A stretch of DNA of 64,000 nt, from NCBI GenBank assembly GCA_964648105.1, contig CAZYMH010000004.1, forward strand, positions 70,083 through 134,082, written 5' to 3'. The DNA comes from an uncultured Candidatus Saccharibacteria bacterium (GTDB taxonomy: Bacteria; Patescibacteriota; Saccharimonadia; Saccharimonadales; 2-12-FULL-41-12). Below, piece after piece: positions 56,144 to 64,000 of this stretch. Below the pieces are notes generated by a model. That model was given only the letters and a program-made list of their open reading frames with translations, did not search any database and was not told the origin of the DNA. Position numbers and translations under genes: made by a program. The stretch's first letter is position 1. The number at the start of each line of letters is the position of its first letter.

Positions 56144-56677
56144 ATGAGTAATATTGAATATGAAGTGAAAGTTTTGGATATTGATGTTAATTTGGTTGAA
56201 CAAAAAATATTAGATTTAGGTGGCAAAAAATTAGCCAAGCAACAATTCAAACGCTATATTTTTGACACTGTGCCTGCGACTAAGAATAAATGGATTAGAC
56301 TAAGGACCGATGGCACGAAAGCGACTCTTGCACTAAAAATCAGTAAATCGGATGCGGTTGATGGTGTTGAAGAGTATGAAACTGAGGTAGATAATTTTGA
56401 TCAAACACGGCAAATATTACAACTTAGTGGTTTAACCGAGAGTTCTTATCAAGAAAATAGTCGCCAGTTATTTGAAATTGATGGCTTAGAAATTTCGATC
56501 GATAGCTGGCCAAAAATACCGCCGTACCTCGAAATCGAAGGCAAAAATGACAGCGAAGTAACTAACATGCTCAAAAAACTAGATTTAGAAAGCTACAAAA
56601 CCACTAGTTTGCCAACCAAAGATGTTTACCAAATGTACGGCCTAAATTTAGATGAGTTAAATCCGCTGACTTTTTAA
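56144..56677 (+). CDS. CYTH-domain protein (CyaB-type class IV adenylate cyclase / triphosphatase family)
   Basis: N-terminal EYEVKV (ExExK motif), IRLRTDG, EEYETEV and PYLEIEG. The start was moved to the ATG at 56144. Confidence 0.8.
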   Translation: MSNIEYEVKVLDIDVNLVEQKILDLGGKKLAKQQFKRYIFDTVPATKNKWIRLRTDGTKATLALKISKSDAVDGVEEYETEVDNFDQTRQILQLSGLTESSYQENSRQLFEIDGLEISIDSWPKIPPYLEIEGKNDSEVTNMLKKLDLESYKTTSLPTKDVYQMYGLNLDELNPLTF

Positions 56678-57579
56678 TTTTTGTCTGCTGAACCAAAACT
56701 ATCGATTTTTTCTTCTACCACGGCTTGAACGGCCGAGATTACTTCGTCCATTAATTTAACAACGGCAAACTCATCTGGATTATCTTTTAGGACTTTTTCG
56801 AGCGTTTCTCGGTAAGCTACCCGCATATCAGAATTTATATTGATTTTACTGACTCCAATTTTAGCAGCTTCTTGGAAATAATGTTCTGGTGTGCCTGAGC
56901 CGCCGTGCAAACTGATGTTGCAATCAATCGCCTCACGGATTTGGCGTAATAAATCCAGGTCTAAAACTTTTGGTACAGGGTATTTTCCATGCAAATTGCC
57001 GATCGCTGCCGCAAAAGTGTCTATACCAGTTGCTTCGACAAACCTGCTTGCTCCCTCTGGGCTAGAAAATGTTTTCTTAATCTCATCGTAATTGATTTCT
57101 TCGGTGTGAAGATTTGAACTTCCACCAAAATAGTGTGGTTCACTCTCTACTAAAGCCCCAGTTAAACGAGCATATTCAACAACTTGTTTAGTCTCGGCAA
57201 TTATTTCTTCTTCGGTAGCATCTTTGTGGGCCTGCGAAATATCGATATGTATAAATTCAAAACCAGCTTCAATACCTTCAATAGCATCTTTAACAGATGG
57301 AGAATGATCCAAATTGACAAATATTTGTAAGCCAAATTCTTGCTTGTAATTATCAACCATATCCCGAATATTCTCTAGACCCAGAGCGTCGACTTCACCC
57401 TTACTAACTTCTACCAAGACCGGTGATTTTTTGGCTATTGAGGCTCGAACGACGGCCTTTAATATATCTTGACTATCTAAATTAAATGCTCCAACTGCAA
57501 ACTTCTCGGCCCTAGCCCTCGCCATCAAGGCCCGAGCCTCATCTGTATTTTGCCTAATTTGCCGTAAAGTTAATGACAT
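56674..57579 (-). CDS. fba: class II fructose-bisphosphate aldolase
   Basis: AFN...LDHS, HIDIS and LHGGSG motifs. The start was moved to the ATG at 57579, which is preceded by GAGGAT. Confidence 0.9.
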   Translation of the reverse strand: MSLTLRQIRQNTDEARALMARARAEKFAVGAFNLDSQDILKAVVRASIAKKSPVLVEVSKGEVDALGLENIRDMVDNYKQEFGLQIFVNLDHSPSVKDAIEGIEAGFEFIHIDISQAHKDATEEEIIAETKQVVEYARLTGALVESEPHYFGGSSNLHTEEINYDEIKKTFSSPEGASRFVEATGIDTFAAAIGNLHGKYPVPKVLDLDLLRQIREAIDCNISLHGGSGTPEHYFQEAAKIGVSKININSDMRVAYRETLEKVLKDNPDEFAVVKLMDEVISAVQAVVEEKIDSFGSADKN

Positions 57580-57643
57580 ATTTATCCTCACCCCTATTTA
57601 TAAATTTTATCTGTTTATAGTATATATTACTTATGATAAAAGT

Positions 57644-58633
57644 TTAAGATTGATTGCTAGCTTCGACCAATTGATGCACCTTAAAAGTGATGTGTTTGGC
57701 TGTTAGTCCATAATTTTCGATGACTTCACGTGGCTCACCAGATTGGCCATACTTATCATCAACGCCCATTCGAACTAGTTTAGTAGGTAATTTCTCGCCT
57801 AAAAGTTCGGCTACCGCACCACCTAAACCACCTTTTATCTGAGCTTCTTCGATACTCAAGGCAATACCAGTTTTTTCGACACTTTTTAGAATTGTTTCTT
57901 CGTCCAGTGGCTTGATAGTTGGCACATGGACTACTTCGGCCTCGATGCCATCTTTGCTTAGTTTTTCGGCGGCGAGTAATGACTCGTAGGTCATCGTGCC
58001 AGTCGCGATGATGGTTATATCTTTGCCTGATCTGAGGACGTAGGCTTTGCCAATCTCAAACGGAGTTTCGTTAGTGGTAAAAACTGGGGTCGCATCACGT
58101 GCTAAACGAAGGTAAGCTGGTTTATCGAGCTTGGCAAGAGCCAATGTTGCCTTCTCCGCTTCAATACTATCAGCTGGTACGACAACGACCATATTTGGCA
58201 TCGTCCTCATTAAGGCAATGTCTTCCAACATTTGATGAGTCGCACCATCTGGCCCTGTCAATAGTCCTGCATGCCCACCGACAATCACAACTGACTGCTC
58301 GTTTAGGGCAATTGTGGTTTTGATTTGCTCCCAACACCGTCCAGGGCAAAAAGCCGCATAACTAGCCACAAATGGTACTTTGCCCATGGCTGCCATGCCA
58401 GCACCAACAGTTACCAAGTTTTGTTCGCCGATGCCAATTTCGATGAATCTATTTGGGAATTTTTCTCTGAATAAATGCATCTGGATACTTTCAGTCAAAT
58501 CAGCACAAGCCGCCACCACGTTCTGGTCTAGCTCACCAGCCTTGACCAAGCCAGTTCCAAATCCTTTCCTAATCGGCTCTTTTACTACTTTTTCATCAAA
58601 AATGTCACTAGAGAGATGATTATTCATGTTCAC
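57644..58633 (-). CDS. transketolase, C-terminal (pyrimidine-binding) subunit
   Basis: IGIGEQN, GPDGATHQ and a C-terminal domain. It overlaps the N-terminal subunit gene. Confidence 0.9.
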   Translation of the reverse strand: MNMNNHLSSDIFDEKVVKEPIRKGFGTGLVKAGELDQNVVAACADLTESIQMHLFREKFPNRFIEIGIGEQNLVTVGAGMAAMGKVPFVASYAAFCPGRCWEQIKTTIALNEQSVVIVGGHAGLLTGPDGATHQMLEDIALMRTMPNMVVVVPADSIEAEKATLALAKLDKPAYLRLARDATPVFTTNETPFEIGKAYVLRSGKDITIIATGTMTYESLLAAEKLSKDGIEAEVVHVPTIKPLDEETILKSVEKTGIALSIEEAQIKGGLGGAVAELLGEKLPTKLVRMGVDDKYGQSGEPREVIENYGLTAKHITFKVHQLVEASNQS

Positions 58634-59474
58634 TCCTTATTCTTCCGCCTAGAGTCCGCAACTCATGAAGTGCTTTTTTGGCTTCTTCGTGGTTTGGTGG
58701 TTTGCCATGCCACTGGTATTTGTACTCCATATAATCTACACCTTTGCCTGGAATAGTTTCTGCAATAATCGCTACTGGTTTATTGACAATCGCTCTTGCT
58801 AAGGCACAGGCGTCAATAAAATTAGCAATATTATTGCCATCGACTTCTAGTACGTGCCAATTAAATGCTTCCCATTTGGCTCGTAGATTTTCCAGGGGCA
58901 TAACTTCTTCGGTAGGACCATCGATTTGGATATTATTGCGATCAATTATCCCAACTATATTGCCAAGCTTATACTTACCAGCTAGCATCGCTGCTTCCCA
59001 GACATTTCCTTCGTTTAATTCACCGTCGCCCATCACTGTATAGATCATCCGATGTGGTTGATCGTCCATTCGCATAGCCAAGGCCATTCCACAAGCTTGA
59101 CTAAGTCCACTACCTAAAGGACCAGACGTTGTCTCCAGACCTGGCAGGCGTGTGCGTTCTGGGTGGCCTTGCAAACGGCTGCCCCATTTTCTGAGTGTCA
59201 TCAGTTCTTTTTTGTCAAAATAACCTCGGTGAGCCATCGTCGCATACTGAACAGGTACACAGTGTCCGTTGCTGAGTAATATCATATCTCGGTCAGGTTT
59301 GTCAGGATTATGTGGATCAATATCTGCAATATCAAAGTAAAGAGCCGTAAAAATATCAGCTAACCCAAGTGGCCCAGCACTATGTCCGCTACCTGCTTCT
59401 TCTAGCATCTTAATGATATCTCTGCGGATTTCGTTGGCTTTTAGCTCTAGTTGTTCAATTGTGTGTTTAGTCAT
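58620..59474 (-). CDS. transketolase, N-terminal (TPP-binding) subunit
   Basis: GHSAGPLG and GDGELNEGNVWEA TPP motifs. Confidence 0.9.
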   Translation of the reverse strand: MTKHTIEQLELKANEIRRDIIKMLEEAGSGHSAGPLGLADIFTALYFDIADIDPHNPDKPDRDMILLSNGHCVPVQYATMAHRGYFDKKELMTLRKWGSRLQGHPERTRLPGLETTSGPLGSGLSQACGMALAMRMDDQPHRMIYTVMGDGELNEGNVWEAAMLAGKYKLGNIVGIIDRNNIQIDGPTEEVMPLENLRAKWEAFNWHVLEVDGNNIANFIDACALARAIVNKPVAIIAETIPGKGVDYMEYKYQWHGKPPNHEEAKKALHELRTLGGRIRSEHE

Positions 59475-59485
59475 TATGCTTAAAA

Positions 59486-60115
59486 TTATACCACTTCGCT
59501 CATCAGTTCTAAATACGCTTGACTAGGATTTTCGGCTTTTTGAATGGCTCCGCCAGCCGCCAAAATATCGACTCCGCCCTCAGCAATTTGCTTGGCGTTG
59601 CTCAAATTAACACCACCATCCCAGCTTATTTCTAGCTCAGGGTAATGCTTTCTAGCCTCGCGAGCTTTTTTTAGTAAATTCAGGTCAGCCTGCCCACCAA
59701 AATGACCTAAATTGCCACTAAAAATTAATAAATGATCAAAACTATGCAATATTTGTTCGATGTTAGAGATTGGTGTTTCTGGTAAAACAGCTAAACCAGC
59801 CTTAATGCCCTCTTTGTGTAGCTCGGCAGCAAAATGCATGTGGTGAATCATTGTTTCGACATGAATAATCACCAAATTAGGCTTTAGATGTAATAATTTT
59901 TCTAAATATTCGAATGGTTGCTGGTACATCAGATGAATGTCAGCTTGCAAATGTGGTGGCCACCAAACATCGTCAATTTCTACCGATTTAGTTTTTGCAA
60001 AAACTCCATCCATCAAGTCTATTTGAACACGACTAGCAAACTTGGACGTAACTTCCATTTGTCGATTATATTCATAGGTATCGCTGGCTAAAATAGCTGG
60101 TACAATTTCGGACAT
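59486..60115 (-). CDS. rpe: ribulose-phosphate 3-epimerase family protein
   Basis: VQIDLMDGVF and WDGGV motifs within a TIM-barrel pattern. The sequence is somewhat divergent. Confidence 0.75.
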   Translation of the reverse strand: MSEIVPAILASDTYEYNRQMEVTSKFASRVQIDLMDGVFAKTKSVEIDDVWWPPHLQADIHLMYQQPFEYLEKLLHLKPNLVIIHVETMIHHMHFAAELHKEGIKAGLAVLPETPISNIEQILHSFDHLLIFSGNLGHFGGQADLNLLKKAREARKHYPELEISWDGGVNLSNAKQIAEGGVDILAAGGAIQKAENPSQAYLELMSEVV

Positions 60116-60180
60116 TTCAAAACATCCTAACTCTATAAGTAATGTAGACTAAATTTTTTGCCGATTTATTCATTTAGTTT

Positions 60181-60624
60181 TTAGATATTATCCATTTCTT
60201 TAATTCGTCGAATAAATCTAGGAGCAGCCGCAAACTTGGTATTTAGCCATGTCTCGACAATTATATCAGCTTCGCCGCTCTCGAGGTATTTTGCAGGAAA
60301 ACATAGGACATTGGCATCATCATCATTACGAGCTTCGCGGGCCGAACGTTGGTCCCAACACAAACTACCTCGTATACCCTTAAACCGATTGACAGCCATG
60401 CAGACACCTTGACCACTTCCACACAACAGAACGCCGCGTGGGTCAGGATCATCTGATGATAAAATTGCCGTTGCAACTTTGGCTGCATAAACTGGGAAGT
60501 CGTCATCTGGATCAAATTTTTCATCCCCGACGTCTTCGACCGAATAACCTGCACGCTTCAAATACTCAACTAATTGTCTCTTCAAGCCAAAGCCGTTATG
60601 ATCTGATCCAATATAAATTTTCAT
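60181..60624 (-). CDS. rpiB: ribose-5-phosphate isomerase B
   Basis: GSDHNGF and LCGSGQGVCMAVNR motifs. 147 aa. Confidence 0.9.
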   Translation of the reverse strand: MKIYIGSDHNGFGLKRQLVEYLKRAGYSVEDVGDEKFDPDDDFPVYAAKVATAILSSDDPDPRGVLLCGSGQGVCMAVNRFKGIRGSLCWDQRSAREARNDDDANVLCFPAKYLESGEADIIVETWLNTKFAAAPRFIRRIKEMDNI

Positions 60625-60638
60625 TTGCTGCAGCCTTT

Positions 60639-61649
60639 TTATTTTGTTAGCTTTCCAACATCCGAGACTAATTCGACTAACCGATTAGAATAGCCCCATT
60701 CATTGTCATACCAGACGACAACTTTAACCATGTTGCCGCCGACGACATTGGTTAGTAATGAGTCAACAATTCCTGAATGACTATTGCCAATGTAATCTTT
60801 GCTAACTAGAGGCAAGTCGGTATATTGTAGTATGCCTTGATAATATGGTTCACTGCAAGCTTTTTTGAATGTTTCGTTTACTTCTTCTTTGGTGACATCT
60901 TTTTTAAGTACATAGGTGATATCACTGAGTGATACGACAGGTGTTGGGACACGAATACTTAGCCCGTCAAATTTGCCTTTGACACTCGGTACAGTTAAAG
61001 CTACTGCAATCGCTGCACCAGTCGTCGTCGGTACAATATTCTGAGCTGCTCCGCGTGCTTCGCGTAAATCTTTGCTTGGGCCATCTTGCAAAACTTGAGT
61101 GGCTGTATAGCTATGAACAGTTGTAAGCATAGCTTTTTCGACTCCAAATGTTCTGTCCATAATATCCATAACGGCAGCAGCTGAATTGGTAGTACAACTG
61201 GCATTGCTGATAATATCGCCAGCCGTCTTCAGCTCATCTTCATTAGCTCCAATTACTATTGTTTTAACCTCAGGACTTTTACTTGGTCCACTGATGACTA
61301 CTTTCTTTGCTCCAGCTTTTAAATGCTGAGATGAGCCTTCAAAATCAGTAAATCTTCCTGTTGACTCTATTACAACATCTACATTTAAGTCACCCCAAGG
61401 CAACAAACTTGGATCTTTTTCGGCGAAAACAGGAATTTTTTGGCCAGCCACGATAATATTTTTGTCATCAAAGCTAACTTCTTCATCAAAAGCTCCATAA
61501 TTACTATCGTATTTGAGTAGGTGAGATAGTGTTCGTGTATCTGTTAAATCATTAATACCAACAACTTCTACGTCTTTGCGGCTCGAGGCAATTCTAAAAG
61601 CGATTCGCCCGATTCGCCCGAATCCATTTATAGCCACCCTTGTTTTCAT
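60639..61649 (-). CDS. gap: glyceraldehyde-3-phosphate dehydrogenase
   Basis: INGFGRIGR, the NASCTTN active site, and WYDNEWGYS. Confidence 0.95.
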   Translation of the reverse strand: MKTRVAINGFGRIGRIAFRIASSRKDVEVVGINDLTDTRTLSHLLKYDSNYGAFDEEVSFDDKNIIVAGQKIPVFAEKDPSLLPWGDLNVDVVIESTGRFTDFEGSSQHLKAGAKKVVISGPSKSPEVKTIVIGANEDELKTAGDIISNASCTTNSAAAVMDIMDRTFGVEKAMLTTVHSYTATQVLQDGPSKDLREARGAAQNIVPTTTGAAIAVALTVPSVKGKFDGLSIRVPTPVVSLSDITYVLKKDVTKEEVNETFKKACSEPYYQGILQYTDLPLVSKDYIGNSHSGIVDSLLTNVVGGNMVKVVVWYDNEWGYSNRLVELVSDVGKLTK

Positions 61650-61722
61650 TTTTTCTCCTATTTAATTATGCTTATGTCTAAGCATTAGCATACCTTAAAA
61701 ATCAAGCTATTATCAAGTATAA

Positions 61723-62250
61723 CTATTTATTCTGATAGCGGTTTTGGCAGTCTTTGATGATTGTTTTAGCTTTTTGGTCATCTTCCCAGGCCAAAACTTT
61801 GGTTGAACCTGGTTTTTTTAGATCTTTATAATGGTTAAAGTGGTGTTCGATTTTTTGTTTCCACTGCTCATGGACATCTGATAGTGTTTTTGGCGAATCG
61901 GAATTTCGATCATCAGCAGGCACAGCGATAATCTTATCATCTACTTCACCGTCGTCTTCGAACCGCATGACACCCAAAATTCTAGCTTCTAAGAAAACTC
62001 CTGTTGGGATAGGTTCATTAGTCATAACCAAAACATCAAGCTCGTCTCCATCTTCGTCTAAGGTTTGAGGAATAAAACCATAATTCACAGGTTTTGGAAA
62101 AATGCTCGGCTCGACTCGATCTAGCTGAAAGCAAGCTAAGTCTCTATTCCACTCAATTTTCAACGTTGACCATTTCGGGATCTCAATCACAACATTAATC
62201 ATTCCGCCGGCAACATCTCCAGCACTTAGTATTTTATTAAAATCTGCCAT
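61723..62250 (-). CDS. ppa: inorganic pyrophosphatase (family I)
   Basis: EIPKWS, DGDELDVLV and KIIAVP motifs. Confidence 0.92.
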   Translation of the reverse strand: MADFNKILSAGDVAGGMINVVIEIPKWSTLKIEWNRDLACFQLDRVEPSIFPKPVNYGFIPQTLDEDGDELDVLVMTNEPIPTGVFLEARILGVMRFEDDGEVDDKIIAVPADDRNSDSPKTLSDVHEQWKQKIEHHFNHYKDLKKPGSTKVLAWEDDQKAKTIIKDCQNRYQNK

Positions 62251-62319
62251 ACATTCTCCTTTTTATCTGTAATTATTATAACAAACTCAGGACTTATCTA
62301 CTTAATTTAGTTATAATTT

Positions 62320-62976
62320 ATGTGGATTATGAGGTCGAAATTTATAAAATCAATTAATAATTGCCATAATATTTGGACATTTTATTTTGAAAGACCATTT
62401 GATTTCATCGCTGGACAGTTTATTGAGCTTACATTGCCGATGTTGAAAAATGATAACAAACGCTGGTTCACTATTTCTAGCTCACCTAGTGATAAATATT
62501 TATCGATTACAACTATCATAAACCCTAATAGAGCTTTCAAATCCAAGTTAACAAATCTCCAAAAAAACGACATCGTCGATATTTCTATGCCAATGGGCGA
62601 TTTTGTTTTACCAAAAAATCAACAGATACCACTGGTTTTTATCGCAGGTGGGATTGGGATTACGCCTTTTTTGAGTATCCTGAAAGATCAGACTAAAAAA
62701 GCCGAAGGTCGCGAGATTAACCTCTTATACATATCTAAGCCAAATAATTTCATTGATTCGAAGTTTTTTAATAATCTAGGTGATAAATTTATCAAAAAAT
62801 CCTCTCGACTAACATCTAAAGAGATTTATAATTTGCTGTCACCAACGACACATCATTACATTTACATAGCTGGTCCAGAATCGTTTGTCGAACACCTTAG
62901 TCAAGATTTTATAGAATTTGGGGTAAAATCTAACTACATTTATAGTGATTTTTTTAATGGATATAATAGAGTTTAA
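62320..62976 (+). CDS. FNR-like FAD/NAD(P)-binding oxidoreductase
   Basis: RWFTISSSP (RxYS-type FAD motif) and FIAGGIGITP (NAD(P) motif). Confidence 0.75.
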   Translation: MWIMRSKFIKSINNCHNIWTFYFERPFDFIAGQFIELTLPMLKNDNKRWFTISSSPSDKYLSITTIINPNRAFKSKLTNLQKNDIVDISMPMGDFVLPKNQQIPLVFIAGGIGITPFLSILKDQTKKAEGREINLLYISKPNNFIDSKFFNNLGDKFIKKSSRLTSKEIYNLLSPTTHHYIYIAGPESFVEHLSQDFIEFGVKSNYIYSDFFNGYNRV

Positions 62977-62978
62977 AT

Positions 62979-63665
62979 ATGATTTCAGTCGGACATCGTG
63001 GCTCAAGAATAGCTAATTTTACCGAAAATACGCTCTCTGCATTTGAGTATGCAATCGAGAATAAAATCGGTGCAATTGAAGTTGATTTACGTTTAACCCA
63101 AGATGGCCAAATAGTTATCCATCACGACGAGACGCTAGAGAGAATTTATAATAAAAATCTATCGATTATTGGCTCAACGTTAGCCGAGCTAAAAGCTGCT
63201 TCGAAAGGTCAAAAAAATTCGATTTTAACTTTGAATGAATTTTTGGAATATATCAAAGATTACCCGTGCTTTCTAGAAATAAAGTCATCTGGTATAGCTG
63301 AACAGCTCGATGCCGTTACTGAGGATTACAGTCCAAATATTTTAGCTGTACTGTCTTTTGATAAAAACATCTTAAAAACATATAAAAAAAATAAAGGACG
63401 ATATCCGACGCTTTTTTTAGCTAGTCGTAAAAATTTCTGGTATTGCTATATTTTAGCTAAAAAACTAGGCGTAAAAATAATTGGTCTACACACCGATATT
63501 CAAAAAGTACCAATTATTATTCGTTTAATTAAATTGTTTGGTATGCAAACATATTTTTATCCTATAAATACTCAAGAACAGTTCGATTTTTTTGCCAAAA
63601 AACATCAAGCAGACTATATCTGCACCGACTACGCAGAAAAAATTAAGTATTTTTTAGATAATTAA
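62979..63665 (+). CDS. glycerophosphodiester phosphodiesterase family protein
   Basis: GHRGS, ENT and EVDLRLTQDGQIVIHHD motifs. Confidence 0.85.
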   Translation: MISVGHRGSRIANFTENTLSAFEYAIENKIGAIEVDLRLTQDGQIVIHHDETLERIYNKNLSIIGSTLAELKAASKGQKNSILTLNEFLEYIKDYPCFLEIKSSGIAEQLDAVTEDYSPNILAVLSFDKNILKTYKKNKGRYPTLFLASRKNFWYCYILAKKLGVKIIGLHTDIQKVPIIIRLIKLFGMQTYFYPINTQEQFDFFAKKHQADYICTDYAEKIKYFLDN

Positions 63666-63674
63666 CCGATTAGT

Positions 63675-64000
63675 TTATTTAAAGTTCTCGTCTAAATATT
63701 CGCGGATTCGAAGAGCCGCGGTCGAGCCTTCGCCAACCGCCGACGCAATTTGCATGGTCGCTCCACTACGGACATCGCCCGCCGAAAAAACACCCCTCAT
63801 CGATGTTTCTAAATTAGAATTTGTCTTGATCAAGCCAACTTCATCGAGCTCAATCCCTGTATCGTGCAAAAATTTTGTATTAGGCAAAAGTCCGATAAAT
63901 ACAAAAACTCCGTCAGTTTCGATGATGCTTTGTTGACCATCTTTGGTAGTTTTTACACCTGTAACTTTTTTGCCATCACCAACTACTTCATCTGTAGAAG
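63675..64000 (-). CDS. trxB: thioredoxin-disulfide reductase, C-terminal part (5' end beyond the window)
   Basis: The reading frame stays open to the window end, giving ...DGVFVFIGLLPNTKFL...GVFSAGDVRSG...QIASAVGEGSTAAL. The M of track ORF 63675-63887 is an internal TTG. Confidence 0.88.
   Translation of the reverse strand, partial: STDEVVGDGKKVTGVKTTKDGQQSIIETDGVFVFIGLLPNTKFLHDTGIELDEVGLIKTNSNLETSMRGVFSAGDVRSGATMQIASAVGEGSTAALRIREYLDENFK

Noticed and set aside
56674-61649. The fba, split transketolase, rpe, rpiB and gap cluster as something unusual.
   Set aside because: Two-subunit transketolase and clustered glycolysis/non-oxidative pentose-phosphate genes are well known in small genomes and archaea. 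All the genes have intact motifs, so this is ordinary core metabolism.

Overview
This is a gene-dense, AT-rich window. It consists mostly of housekeeping operons on the minus strand, and TGA is used as a stop codon (standard code 11). Recognisable genes: rpoB (partial), clpP, tig, hisS, rsmD, recG, tyrS, a class A PBP, a yacL-like gene, radA, clpC, nusA, plsC, pepN, yraN, rnhB, rplS, fabH, a malic enzyme, pilB/gspE, dnaE, galU, gatCAB, uvrB, a PfkB kinase, and a glycolysis/pentose-phosphate block (fba, split transketolase, rpe, rpiB, gap, ppa), ending in trxB (partial). The compact gene set, the split transketolase, the lone PilB ATPase, the L,D-transpeptidase and the many orphan secreted or membrane proteins fit a reduced-genome Gram-positive-type lineage such as Patescibacteria/CPR (Saccharibacteria-like). 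That assignment is inference only.

The main accessory signal is a 2.7-kb island at 10157-12876. It is bounded by perfect 24-bp direct repeats that contain a fragment of the adjacent tRNA-Leu(UAG) gene. It carries three genes that all look nucleotide-centric:
- a Ppx/GppA-like phosphatase fused to an NDT/DNPH1-like domain;
- a dNMP-kinase-like P-loop protein;
- a divergent NDT/DNPH1-like protein with Gln at the expected catalytic Glu position, fused to an RHH tail.

Next to the island lie a tRNA-Leu remnant with a duplicated promoter and a repeated hairpin element whose two copies differ by three compensatory base-pair changes.

A second candidate system is a visibly AT-richer, translationally coupled operon at 53650-56677: GreA/Rnk-like protein, dNMP-kinase-like protein, a 453-aa orphan, a 51-aa micro-ORF, and a CYTH protein.

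Regulatory signals read directly from the sequence include CIRCE (HrcA) operators overlapping the promoters of clpP and clpC, and an intrinsic-terminator attenuator in the nusA leader. I saw no CRISPR array, rRNA gene, integrase or transposase.
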